A stretch of 63,666 nt of DNA, counting the filler, from Stramenopiles sp. TOSAG23-2 (lineage: Eukaryota), in NCBI GenBank assembly GCA_900128395.1. It is 7 parts of 7 records of this genome, joined end to end, with 100 filler letters (N's around TTAATTAATTAA, not from the genome) between each part and the next. Parts side by side here need not be neighbours in the genome. Positions count along the whole stretch, not along the records: positions 1 to 27,573 come from LT649413.1; positions 27,674 to 55,239 come from LT649414.1; 5 more parts are not named here. One strand, given 5' to 3'. The first letter of the stretch is position 1. Each line of letters starts with the position of its first letter. The notes under the pieces were generated by a model that was not told the DNA's origin, ran no database searches, and saw only the letters and a program-made list of their open reading frames with translations. Both the position numbers and the translations under genes were made by a program. This document shows, piece after piece, positions 21,022-32,177 of the stretch.

Positions 21022-24000
21022 TTAACGTCCCACACGTCTTCTTCGACGATTACTAGACGACCGGCCGCCACTTCCAGAAAAGGAAATAGTACTATTAAAT
21101 CGCTTTTGTTTCTTATTTTCTGATTTTCTACCAGCTAAACCAGATCGTCGTAATTTAACAGCATTGTCATATAATTTCGTTCCAGGTGCAATACGTTCAT
21201 ATTTGCCTAAATGTTTTGGCATTTCCCCATATACACGAGGAACTTCTCCTTTTAAGATTTGTGACAATTTACTATCTAATTCAGATTGTTTCGCATTTAA
21301 GGCTTCTTGATGATTTTTAAACATTGCAGTTGGATTTGCATATGGGCGTTTCTTTTGTGTATCTAAATATTCTCTACGTTGCATTAATTCCGAGCGTAAA
21401 ATATCTCGATCAAATGGCAATGGATTCACTAATCGTACTGTATCTTCAATCAATTGATTTTTGACATTTTTGTCCAATGCATTATCGCAAGCCATAGCTG
21501 GCGAAGCATTCACTTCAATTAACCATGGTTTATAGTTATCATCGATTAAAATGTCATAACCAAATAATTCAAATGAATTTACTTGTGGTGGTATTGCATC
21601 CTCTGCTGCGACTAAACTTTTTAAGATAACATCATGGATACGTTCCTTCAACGAATCGACATCAACATTTTGTTCCTTCAAACGTCGCCACAAGTATGTT
21701 AGCTTTAATTTTGAACCACCAACTTCATCTGCTCGCGCACTATCCATTGGATGTGGGTCATTCCAGTTAGAATCACTGGGTCCCATGCCAGTCATTTGTA
21801 TACGTGCTTTGTTTGAATGTTTTCTAGGGCCACCTTTAAACTTTGGTATTGCCTCTAGATTATCTTTTTGTATTGAACTATTAGTTAAATGAATGAATAA
21901 ATTGTGCAAATCTGCAGGATCTTTACTATATGGAACAGTTGCAATCCGTACAAAACCATCCTCATAATAAAATGCTTCTAACGGATTGAAAGATGTCACT
22001 AGCACGTATAGTCGTAAATCGAATTTATAGCCATCTAATAACAATGGGTTGTGGCAATAACGTTGAATAACCGCAGTTGTACCATATGTAACCTGGCCAA
22101 TATCATTAAGCAAGGAGATACCTCTTCCACGAGAAAGCCCCGCTGGTTTCAATATCCACCAGTTGATGCTTCCAGGTGGCTTCAATGGAAAACGCTCTTC
22201 CTCCTCCTCTGCTAAACGACTAAAGGCTTCGACAAATGATAAGTATTCCCTAGGCAAGCAAAATGTACGTGGCATAATATCAAATTGTTTCGCCAATTTC
22301 CCACCAAAACCAGTAAAACGATGTAGATTTTTTTTCAATGTATCTTTTCGCGTTAATTCTCTACTGCCTGGAAAATGATTCACGCGTTGAAAATGAAACA
22401 ATGATTCATATTTGATACGTGGTCGGGACCATGTCCACAACAAGTTCCACGTACGTGTGTTTAAACCAATATTGGATGGATGAGGATTCCAATTGCCAAT
22501 ACGTTCAGCGCATGCACGTGTAACAATGTCAACAACTTCATGTCGACCTTTACATTGATGGACTTCAAAATACAAACCATCGATGTATGTTGTATCTTCA
22601 TTCTCCGCATCGTTGCTACTGAATGAATTCAAATATGTTTGCATTGTATCACGCCATATATCTAATTGTTTAATATGGTGGTCAATACAAGCAATTTCAT
22701 CCACTGCAACGTTTGTTGCTTTTGCTGCTTCATGCACCGCAGAAAATATATCACAGAATTCTTTATACGTACTTTGATATCGATTGATTGAAAGCGTTTT
22801 GTTTTCATATTTAATAATATTTTTTGATTTAGAAGCTTTGCTCTGCTTATTATTATTTGTATTGTTGCTGTTCTTGTTGTTACTGGGAACCTTTGCTTTA
22901 TTTTTTTGCTTAGACTTTTTCCCGGAAGGTCCAGTTAAATTGTCTTTGTTACTTGAATTTTGATTTATCTTTTGTTTCTTGTTAGTAGCAGCTCTATTAT
23001 TATTAGAGCTTATCGTTGTCGTTCCTATGAATGGTTCATCGTCTTCATCATCGTCTAAATTAATCGGTCCATCCTCTTCGTACATCCCATATGTATCGTT
23101 AGCAACATTATTATAATTGTTTATCTTAATGTTTACGTTGTTGATATTTCGCTTCTCCTCTTGCTTCTTGTTTGCTAGTCTTGTTGCTGTGGTTGTAATA
23201 GGCGAAGATGCAGGGCGTATTTTTTTTTGTAGTTCCGTATCGTTTATTTTGTTGACACGAGTTGAAACGGCGTTAAATGTTGTTGCAACTAACTCTTCAT
23301 CATCATCTGAATCATTATCTTCATCATCAGAATCAAACATGGCAAGCAAAGCATTACCCGTCGGTAATTTTCCATCTTCTGGTATTGGATCTACTACAAT
23401 AGGTTTTGGTGGGGATTTTTGTTTTGCCGATAAAAAACTGTTTTGCTTCAGATTGTCATTTGTGTCTAATAAATTATCTATTAAGTCATTATTATCATCG
23501 TCTTTGCCATCATCTTTCTCCTCATCTTGCATATTCTTTTCATTAGGAGTGAGATTTTTATGTGACATCTCATTTGCTTCTGAATTTGCAATTTTTCGAT
23601 TTTGTCTTGCAGGGTGCTTCTTGATTTCGTTTGAATCATTATCTTTTGGTATGCGTGATTTTATGTGGTTTCGAACATCGTCAATGTTTGCATTAGAAGT
23701 CGTATTCCCAACAACTTGATGATTCATAGAAGAATCATCATGTTGATTACCTTTAATAAAAGATGTTGAAGGTTGTCGTAATTTCGATTTCCTTAATGCA
23801 TTCTTTACATCATTTTTCTCCCTTTCTGCTACAATAGATGCGGAAGTTGCAATATTGTCATTGTTGCTTGCATTATTATCATTATTATTATTATTATTTC
23901 TAAATATATTCTTTGTCGATGGTGGTGATTGCAACCATACAGGTTTCGTAGTAGATCTATTATTATTGGTTTCTACAACATTGTATATTACGTCGTTGTT

Positions 24001-25269
24001 CGTATTGTTAGTGTGTTGGTTACCATTTTGATTGACATTTTGCTGTTCTTCCCATGCTTTTAATTTAACTTGTTTTGAAGCATGTATTACGTTGTTTTCA
24101 CCATTTACTATGTTCTTCGGTTCTATGCTGTTATTTTGGATCTCATTCATTATAATGCCTGCTTCTTCTTCTTCTTCTCCTACATCATTCTCTTCTTGCT
24201 GTTCTTGTTGCTGTCCTTGTTCATTGTCCAAGTTTTCACTATTAATATCATTATTATTAAATTGATCCCGCCATCCACGTGGTGTCGATCTTGGTTTTGG
24301 TAATTCTATTTCATTCTTATCAAACAGTTGATCAATTAAATCATTAGTATCTTCAACATCATCATCTTCTTCTTTCTCGTCTATTAAATCTCGTTCTTCC
24401 AAGCGTTTAAGTTCATTATTAATTCTATCAATTCGTTGGCTCTCTGTCTCGTCAACTGCATCATCAACAACATCAAATTCATCATTACTACTGTCACCAC
24501 TATCATTTGCAACATCGCCATCATCTGTAAAATCATTTACTATATTTATGTTATTATTATTTTCCTTCGTATTATTTATATTGTTTTTACGGTGATTTGT
24601 ATTATTATTATTATTATTATTATTACTAGTATCCCTATTTCGTCTAGTTGCTTTTTTTGTTGGTGATGATGGAGACGATAAATTTATATTTGCAAAGTTA
24701 CTTAATGAATCGTTGCGTTTTATACCACCGTCAGCATTGTTGATTGTTGTTGGGTTATTTCCAGCCATCACTTTTGGTGTTGTTCCTAGTATCGCTAAAT
24801 TGTCACTACTATTATTGCTTTTGTTCCTAGATCGTTTTTTCCTTCGTTTTTTAACACCCATTTTTGCTTTCCATTCATCTGAATGACAGATACTACATAA
24901 TTTTTCAACACACATGACTTTGTGGCGCAAGAGTTCTTTTCCCTCATTACAATTTTTAAATGTTGTACAACCTGGACAATTCTTGATATGGATTAACAGT
25001 TCTTTCGTTGAGGTGCAATCTTCATACATTACAATACCTTTTGAATACGGTTCATCGATTGGATGATGACAGCAAATACAAGCATGTGTGATATATTTCA
25101 TCAATCGTTGCTTCTTTAATAAATCTAATGCAAGTAATCGGTATTCCTCATATGATTGCATTTGATCTTTTGTCTCATCTACTTCAAGATTATTATTATC
25201 GATACCCCGTTTCAGTGCTAACGTAGGCAAATCTTCGTATGATTTTTTTTGCCGTTTAAATTTCGTCAT
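21022..25269 (-). CDS. Tubulin-tyrosine-ligase-like (TTLL) polyglutamylase with N-terminal TAZ-like zinc finger and long low-complexity linker
   Basis: QRVNHFPGSRELTRKD, WILKPAGLSRGRGI, QRY..NPLLLDGYKFDLRLYVLVTSF, HLTN, FELFGYDILID..KPWLIEVNASP. First ATG at 25269. Confidence 0.9.
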   Translation of the reverse strand: MTKFKRQKKSYEDLPTLALKRGIDNNNLEVDETKDQMQSYEEYRLLALDLLKKQRLMKYITHACICCHHPIDEPYSKGIVMYEDCTSTKELLIHIKNCPGCTTFKNCNEGKELLRHKVMCVEKLCSICHSDEWKAKMGVKKRRKKRSRNKSNNSSDNLAILGTTPKVMAGNNPTTINNADGGIKRNDSLSNFANINLSSPSSPTKKATRRNRDTSNNNNNNNNTNHRKNNINNTKENNNNINIVNDFTDDGDVANDSGDSSNDEFDVVDDAVDETESQRIDRINNELKRLEERDLIDEKEEDDDVEDTNDLIDQLFDKNEIELPKPRSTPRGWRDQFNNNDINSENLDNEQGQQQEQQEENDVGEEEEEAGIIMNEIQNNSIEPKNIVNGENNVIHASKQVKLKAWEEQQNVNQNGNQHTNNTNNDVIYNVVETNNNRSTTKPVWLQSPPSTKNIFRNNNNNNDNNASNNDNIATSASIVAEREKNDVKNALRKSKLRQPSTSFIKGNQHDDSSMNHQVVGNTTSNANIDDVRNHIKSRIPKDNDSNEIKKHPARQNRKIANSEANEMSHKNLTPNEKNMQDEEKDDGKDDDNNDLIDNLLDTNDNLKQNSFLSAKQKSPPKPIVVDPIPEDGKLPTGNALLAMFDSDDEDNDSDDDEELVATTFNAVSTRVNKINDTELQKKIRPASSPITTTATRLANKKQEEKRNINNVNIKINNYNNVANDTYGMYEEDGPINLDDDEDDEPFIGTTTISSNNNRAATNKKQKINQNSSNKDNLTGPSGKKSKQKNKAKVPSNNKNSNNTNNNKQSKASKSKNIIKYENKTLSINRYQSTYKEFCDIFSAVHEAAKATNVAVDEIACIDHHIKQLDIWRDTMQTYLNSFSSNDAENEDTTYIDGLYFEVHQCKGRHEVVDIVTRACAERIGNWNPHPSNIGLNTRTWNLLWTWSRPRIKYESLFHFQRVNHFPGSRELTRKDTLKKNLHRFTGFGGKLAKQFDIMPRTFCLPREYLSFVEAFSRLAEEEEERFPLKPPGSINWWILKPAGLSRGRGISLLNDIGQVTYGTTAVIQRYCHNPLLLDGYKFDLRLYVLVTSFNPLEAFYYEDGFVRIATVPYSKDPADLHNLFIHLTNSSIQKDNLEAIPKFKGGPRKHSNKARIQMTGMGPSDSNWNDPHPMDSARADEVGGSKLKLTYLWRRLKEQNVDVDSLKERIHDVILKSLVAAEDAIPPQVNSFELFGYDILIDDNYKPWLIEVNASPAMACDNALDKNVKNQLIEDTVRLVNPLPFDRDILRSELMQRREYLDTQKKRPYANPTAMFKNHQEALNAKQSELDSKLSQILKGEVPRVYGEMPKHLGKYERIAPGTKLYDNAVKLRRSGLAGRKSENKKQKRFNSTISFSGSGGRSSSNRRRRRVGR

Positions 25270-25321
25270 GATCTTAACAGTACGACCAGAGAGGTTGGTG
25301 GATTCGAAGACGTACGCAACA

Positions 25322-25365
25322 ATACAATTTATTATCACAATCGATACAATTTATTATCACAATCG
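25322..25365. repeat. 22-bp tandem duplication upstream of the TTLL gene
   Basis: ATACAATTTATTATCACAATCG x2. Confidence 0.9.
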
Positions 25366-26218
25366 ATACGATCTTCGTTCTTCGTATAAGTGATTTATTT
25401 AGGAAAACGAACGATTTTTAGCAATTTTTTTTCAAGGAGTTTTTGATAGTCATACAAATTAGTATACTAATGTAAATACTATTAAAATGAATCGAGTAAT
25501 AGCTTCTTTTGAAGTTATTTAGTATATTAGAATGGAAAACATAGTCCATAACTCGATACAATATAAATAAAATAATCAAAAAGAAAACGTACTAAAGGAA
25601 CCTTTTAACCCCGTTTTCCTTCGCGATTTTCTGATCCAGAAATTTATGTTGAATTATAGTGACGATTCGATCACGGTAGGACAGAAATCAGCATGCTATT
25701 ACCATGTTAAATATATATAAGTGATCTTGGCAATGCGGTTTTTGAGATGAGAGATTAAGATGCGCAGTTTAAGTTGCATGCGTCATATTTTTTTAAAATA
25801 AAAAAAAAAACAGAATTTTTCGAAGATTCCAAATTTGGACACACTACAAATATTAGACTATAGTACGGATCACCTATATATTTTCACATGATAAACCTTA
25901 ATGTGGGGATGGGGATTGGTTTTCATTTTTTCATAGGAAAATTATACGTACTTATTTCTTTTAAAACACTACTCAAATTGTCAAATGTCTGCCACTTTCT
26001 CAGCTTTTCATTTTGTCTGAAAATACCAAAAAAAAAAAAACGATTATTTTATAAAATAGCATGCACGTATTACTATGCACCTATATATAATATATATATA
26101 TTTTTGAAAATAATAATATATAGAAATGCTGTGAGGAAGAAAAAACCTCTAATACTGTATGTTATATATAGTTATACAGGTAATAAACAACGAAACAACC
26201 AAATCAACGCAAACTACC

Positions 26219-26773
26219 ATGGCGTCCTCACCCAATTCAAAGATGGTGCAAAATGCAAAACGCTTCATGAGTAACAATAGTAATATTGATATGGATGCAT
26301 ATCCAATATTACGAATTGATGAGCTTACTAATGCAACGGATGATATTTTAAAACAATCTTTAAACGATATACCGGAATTAATTAATAAATTAAAATATGA
26401 AGATAGGAAAAATTTGGTACAAAAAGAAAATCCATTATTAAAATATGCACACAAACAAATAGAAGCAATGGAAGAGGAAATTACCAAACGCAATGCATTG
26501 AAACGTGTGGAAAGAATGTTACAAGGAAAAGAAGAGGTCAAGCCAAAATCATATGATAATTTAAACTTATCTAAAATTAGAAAACCAACAAGACCACGTT
26601 CATCCTCTTCCATTATCACCAATAATAATAATAATAGTAGTAATATTACCAACAACAGCAGTGCTACGAAACCACCAACATCTCCAATTTTATCATCTCG
26701 AAAAAAAATGGTAAGAAGCAATTTTGATAATAACAACAGCCAAGAAAATACCAATTATAGTAACAACAACAAC

Positions 26774-26807
<34 letters not shown>

Positions 26808-27573
26808 TAATGCTTAATACAAGTGCAACACGTACAATATCAAGTGCAAATAGTAATAATAATAATAACTCCATATCATCATCACGGCGTATACATGGGG
26901 ATAATTATAACACTATACAACCATCTTCAGCAAGATCTGCTATATCGAGGAGAATGAACGATCCAAATAATGATAATAATAGTAGTATGACTATTAATAC
27001 TACCGCCAGCAATGATTATATTAATAATGATAATGACGACGATGATGAAGATGATGATACTTCCAATCTTAAACAGCGTAAACAATCAAAATACCAATCA
27101 CGATATAGTCAATCTGCATTAGAAGCAGAGCGTAAAAAAAAGAAATTAGAATATTCATCATTTGTTGTATCAACTGGTTCTAAAAAGAAAAAAAGAACAA
27201 ATGTTTTTGCTAGACGCCAAAGAGCGGAAAAATTAAAAGCAAAAAAAGATCGTGAAGCATTACAAAATCGACGTAAAGCACAACGTACATCTAAAAATTT
27301 GGAAGCGGCAAGGGAAATGCTTCGTTTAAAAGCTTTAAGAAGAGAAGAAAGAGCAAAACGTAGAAAAATATTAAAGGATATGATGGAAATGCAAACGATG
27401 TCAAAGGAAACTCAAGCAAGGCAGAATGACAATTTAAATGAAATGAGAGGTATGTCAGACAATAATAATGATGATGATAATAGTAATAATAATAATAAAA
27501 ACAATAATTACATTGCCTCAACAAAAAAAGCAACTAGACGAAATAGGGATACTAGTAATAATAATAATAATAA
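26219..27573 (+). CDS. Asn-rich coiled-coil protein of unknown function, 3'-truncated and chimeric at the contig end
   Basis: ORF open to the gap, with poly-Asn tracts and a Lys/Arg/Glu coiled coil. The last ~55 bp are an inverted copy of ~24608-24662. Confidence 0.65.
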
Positions 27574-27673
27574 NNNNNNNNNNNNNNNNNNNNNNNNNNN
27601 NNNNNNNNNNNNNNNNNTTAATTAATTAANNNNNNNNNNNNNNNNNNNNNNNNNNNNNNNNNNNNNNNNNNNN
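27574..27673. other. Artificial contig spacer
   Basis: N44-TTAATTAATTAA-N44, which gives stops in all six frames. Confidence 0.98.
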
Positions 27674-28187
27674 TAAGCATAACGGGATTTTTTAAATACG
27701 GAAATCAATATAAGGAATTGCATGAGGATACGGTTATATCTTTTCCATTTTATGAAATTACTTTTGACATATTATTATAAGTATTCATCGTTTTTAGTGT
27801 TTACATATTATATATATTTATGAGTAAATAAAATCTTTTTAAATTTTAAGTAAGAGAATTTTTTATATATACCATTCAGGAATTAGAAAGAAGAGCGAAA
27901 GAAATGTTTACAAAGTTTCCGTATCCTTTTACCATGTATGTACAAAGATTTATTAAATATAGCAATAGCATTAACAGAGCAATGTTGATAGGATATATGT
28001 TTGTGTATTCTAATAATAGTACTTACAAATAGCCACAAAAACTCATGTATAGTGCTATAAAAACAACTACATGTAATATATATACAAATGATACAGTAAA
28101 AAGTCCAAAGAAGAAATATAGTAGATATATACATACATATATATATATATATTTCGCGTTAATAAGACAACGAGAAAAAAAAAAACT

Positions 28188-28514
28188 ATGACGGATGTAC
28201 CAAGAAAAGTAACAACAACAGCTATACATTCGAAGAAATCGAAAACATTTGTATTATATGATGAAGACCATACGTTAGGAAATGCATTGCGTCATGTAGT
28301 TATGAGAGATGCAAATACAGATTTTTGTGGTTATACAGTGCCACATCCATCCGAAAAATATTTACATTTAAGAGTACAAACTAGAAAAAAAACAGCAGAG
28401 GAAGCATTGGTAGATGGTGCAGAAACATTGAAAAAAATATGTAATACAGTTGTTACACAATTTGAAGAAGAATTTATAAAAGCACAAAAAAAGAATAAAA
28501 AGCGTAATAAATGA
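28188..28514 (+). CDS. POLR1D: RNA polymerase I/III shared subunit AC19 (RPAC2/RPC19)
   Basis: EDHTLGNALR..FCGYTVPHPSE..HLRVQT signature. Confidence 0.92.
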   Translation: MTDVPRKVTTTAIHSKKSKTFVLYDEDHTLGNALRHVVMRDANTDFCGYTVPHPSEKYLHLRVQTRKKTAEEALVDGAETLKKICNTVVTQFEEEFIKAQKKNKKRNK

Positions 28515-28762
28515 TGTAGTATAAATTAAATAATATTAGCATGGAAATACTATTAAGAATATACTATAATACAAATACAAAATATATTTTAATATTAAAA
28601 AAATAATATTTATTTTATATAAAAAAAATTCTCTCTTATTTATAATTATTCAAAATAATGGTTAAAAATCTAATTCAAAATATATATAAATATATATATA
28701 TATGTGTATATAAATTATCACATACGTATATATATATTAAACATCTCTCTCTTCTTCTTGTC

Positions 28763-31393
28763 TCAAATATTTTCAGCAGAATTAACTCTACGTGCCTTGA
28801 TACGATGATGTGGTACCTCCATTGAATGTGACTCACCTACACTATCATCACCAAAAATACTAGCACTTTCTAACAATATATGATGCATTGATGCCGTAGT
28901 GTTTCCTTTTAATCCACCACCACCAACAACAACTTTCAACGTTGCATTTTTTCCATTGGAACTACCTGTTGAATCCCCTCTTTTCGTCCTTTCATCTCCT
29001 GAAATTTCACGATGATCTTTTGATCTAATTCGATTCCGTACGATTGTATCTTTACCTATATCTAATAGATCTTTTTTTGTAGAATTTTCATCATGTGATA
29101 AGCTCAATGATAATTGTTGCCGTCCATCCTTCTCCTTACTATTTTTACGACGATGCTCCGATGCTACAATTGCACGTTTAGATTCATTCCAATGGGAAAT
29201 GTTTAATTTAATATTACGTTTAAATTCATCACCAACTTCCCCAACGTATGTACAAAAATCGGCATAACATTTTAAAACGACAAAACGTATAAATCCAGCT
29301 TGACTTTTTGCATATTTAACCGGATCTTCCGATACGATAAATGCATGTGGTAGCCTTAAATCATTTTCTTTTTCAAATTGACTTAAAAATTCTTCTGTAA
29401 CTAATTTAGACCATCGTTTATGCAATTCTAATGGCTTTGCACCATGTGCTATATCACTGCATTTAATTGTCATTTTTAAACATAATAAACGATCTTTACG
29501 ATCATGAAAATTTAACGATGGTTTATCATTTGTTCCAGCTATTACTTTTGTTTTTTGACGGAATAAATTAAGAATTGGATCAGCTACTTCTTTTGCTAAA
29601 TCCGTTGCTAAGACCAATTCGATAATATATTTTCGAAATGTACCTAAAAAATTTGCTTTTGCAATTTCTTTCTCTTTTTTATCATTAAAAATTTCTATAT
29701 CAACTGCTTTTGGAAACATATCTTTAAATTTTTCATTTGATAAAATTTCAAATGTTGTTGCTGCATGGAAATTTTCCAACACACTATGATCATTATACCT
29801 AATAGCTATTGCAGATTGTGCATTTACTTGAAAGGAATTACTTGTTCCTGGATGTGCAATATCATGTGTTAAACCGGCTATTAACAAACTAAATAATTCT
29901 AAATCATTCATTTGATCTAAAAACCCAGTTTGCTTTGCAATGTAATGTGAACTTGTCATAACATCTCCACCATGTAAATTACTATGATATGGATTTGGCA
30001 AATATGCATCATCAACTTCGATTAAGAATTTTAAAAACATTTCTTCATTGATATTTAATTTCTTACATAAACCATAATGTGAGTTGATCAAATGCCAACC
30101 CATATGGACCAACGGCCATTGACACGTCATTTCTGCGATTTTAAATACGTCGCATCCCCAATGGAACATTTCTTCATTTAAAACTTTTATCAATTTGTCA
30201 TCGTACATAGTTAAACTTTCCAATGATTCGATTGGTACACTTTCATGTAAAACACCCCATTCTGGATATTTCAATCCACTACCAAATGATTTAATACGAG
30301 ATGGACCAACGGTGGAAGTTAATCGAGATGCATAATAAGATCGAGCTAATATGTAATTTCGATCAAATTTATTAGCACGTACAATATATTGCCTAGTTCC
30401 CGATTGTACAATGTAATCTCCAACATTACCAACTTGAATTTGATCTTCCACTGCACGTTTTAAAATAAACGGCTCATTCACACGACATGCTCTTACTGCT
30501 TTTTTTTTTATGTATTGATTTGGTCTACCAACGGCTGGTACATAATTTGTTTCAAATTCTTCCGCTGAAATAACATAGATATCATATCGACGGTCGTTTT
30601 TGTTTTGTGTTGTTGCTTCTGTTGTTATTGTCGTATTTCCTTGATTACTATCATCATTATCTGAAGAGGAGGAAGAAGAAGAAGAAGAAGAATGTTGATT
30701 CCCAACAACAATATAATCTCCAGGTTTTGCTTCATTTTGTCCCCAATCTTTTGTAAAAATGCATGGATCATCAGTACGAAAGGCATAAATTTCAGTAGCT
30801 TTACGAAATAAACGTGAATTTTCCTTTGTTAAATCTTCATCAAATTCTAAATATAAATTTGAACTATCTGCCATTGACGTTTTAGGCGACATAAATTCAT
30901 CCGTACTTAGGCCACTCATACTACCATTTATCGAATCTACATCTGTAGTAAATTGATGCCGTGCTGCAATCGGTGTAAGACCTGTATTTAAATATAGATC
31001 TTTATCTGTGGAAAATAAATCATCCAAATCATCCACTTCAATTTTACGTATACCTCTTACAAATATTCTTGTATTATCTAAATCAGTAGCAAATGGATTG
31101 TTGTTATTCATCCATTCATCTCGATCTTTTAAATATTTTGGATCAGATATTGACTCAACTTTACTTAGCCTGGGTAGTTGTTCTTTATCTTCTTTATTAT
31201 TTGTTATATGTAATGGTTTAGAAGAAGAAGAAGTTGTTTTATTATTATTAATTTTTTTTCCATTACTACCTGTTGGGGAATTATTTGATCTTGCACCCCA
31301 TGAATTTTCGTTTTTTTTCCTGTCATTGTCTATTTTCCCTGTTTTAATATGACTATTTTTTGTCAAATTCCGATTTGTTTGTTTATTTCCCAT
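28763..31393 (-). CDS. Class I 3',5'-cyclic nucleotide phosphodiesterase with a tandem GDYIV module and possible N-myristoylation
   Basis: NPYHSNLHGGDV, HDIAHPGTSN (PDEase I signature), YNDHSVLENFH, LATDL, KCSDIAH, EEF..Q and SQAGFI. Starts MGNKQT. Confidence 0.92.
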   Translation of the reverse strand: MGNKQTNRNLTKNSHIKTGKIDNDRKKNENSWGARSNNSPTGSNGKKINNNKTTSSSSKPLHITNNKEDKEQLPRLSKVESISDPKYLKDRDEWMNNNNPFATDLDNTRIFVRGIRKIEVDDLDDLFSTDKDLYLNTGLTPIAARHQFTTDVDSINGSMSGLSTDEFMSPKTSMADSSNLYLEFDEDLTKENSRLFRKATEIYAFRTDDPCIFTKDWGQNEAKPGDYIVVGNQHSSSSSSSSSSDNDDSNQGNTTITTEATTQNKNDRRYDIYVISAEEFETNYVPAVGRPNQYIKKKAVRACRVNEPFILKRAVEDQIQVGNVGDYIVQSGTRQYIVRANKFDRNYILARSYYASRLTSTVGPSRIKSFGSGLKYPEWGVLHESVPIESLESLTMYDDKLIKVLNEEMFHWGCDVFKIAEMTCQWPLVHMGWHLINSHYGLCKKLNINEEMFLKFLIEVDDAYLPNPYHSNLHGGDVMTSSHYIAKQTGFLDQMNDLELFSLLIAGLTHDIAHPGTSNSFQVNAQSAIAIRYNDHSVLENFHAATTFEILSNEKFKDMFPKAVDIEIFNDKKEKEIAKANFLGTFRKYIIELVLATDLAKEVADPILNLFRQKTKVIAGTNDKPSLNFHDRKDRLLCLKMTIKCSDIAHGAKPLELHKRWSKLVTEEFLSQFEKENDLRLPHAFIVSEDPVKYAKSQAGFIRFVVLKCYADFCTYVGEVGDEFKRNIKLNISHWNESKRAIVASEHRRKNSKEKDGRQQLSLSLSHDENSTKKDLLDIGKDTIVRNRIRSKDHREISGDERTKRGDSTGSSNGKNATLKVVVGGGGLKGNTTASMHHILLESASIFGDDSVGESHSMEVPHHRIKARRVNSAENI

Positions 31394-32177
31394 AATGTTG
31401 TTATATATATATATATTATATATATATATATTTTATTATTTATAGCCCAACTTTCTGAAAATCTATATAATTAAATAATATTTTTTATTATTTATTATAT
31501 ATATATCAACGTGATTGGAAGGTGGTACTGTTGCTGTTTTTCAAAACAAAATATAATAATGAATGATGCTAATACACAATACACACACGCGCGCGCGCAC
31601 ACACAAGGTTGTTATTGTTTCTTTTATCAAAAACTATATCCTTACACATGTGATCGTACTGATGCGAAGTCGACGACAATCTAATTCTTATTATATATTA
31701 TTATTGACTTTAACTTTAAGATAATAATAAAGATTATATTATTACGCACGTATTTTTTTACCAACAAAACACAAAATATATTACTATATATTTCATGGTA
31801 CTAGGTATTATACTGTAGTTTAAGGAAAAAAATCAAGGATCGATCCTTGTCGTCAATCAAAAAAAAGGGTCTTTTTCGTATTATTACTACTTTTCGAGAT
31901 TCACCTCAAGTCTATATTTATAGACTATTATGTTGTTATTAATCCCTCCTCCTATTTTTTGTTATTTTTTAATTTGATATAATTTCAATAATAGTCGCTA
32001 GAAATTATAGTTTTTGACACAGCAGGCTTAATTATTTTTAATGTACACATTTTATTAAATATTATTTTTTTATTATTTACAGAACCATTTTTTGAAAATG
32101 TCCCTCCCTCATGCACAGGTGTATGAAAACATCATACATCATTAGCGGTGGGATTCGAATTCCACCCCGCTTATACG

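Noticed and set aside
27674-27990. Possible spliced 3' end of a gene (KYGNQYKELHEDT / ELERRAKEMFTKFPYPLPC..)
   Set aside because: Short, at a contig edge and without a recognisable domain; not supportable.
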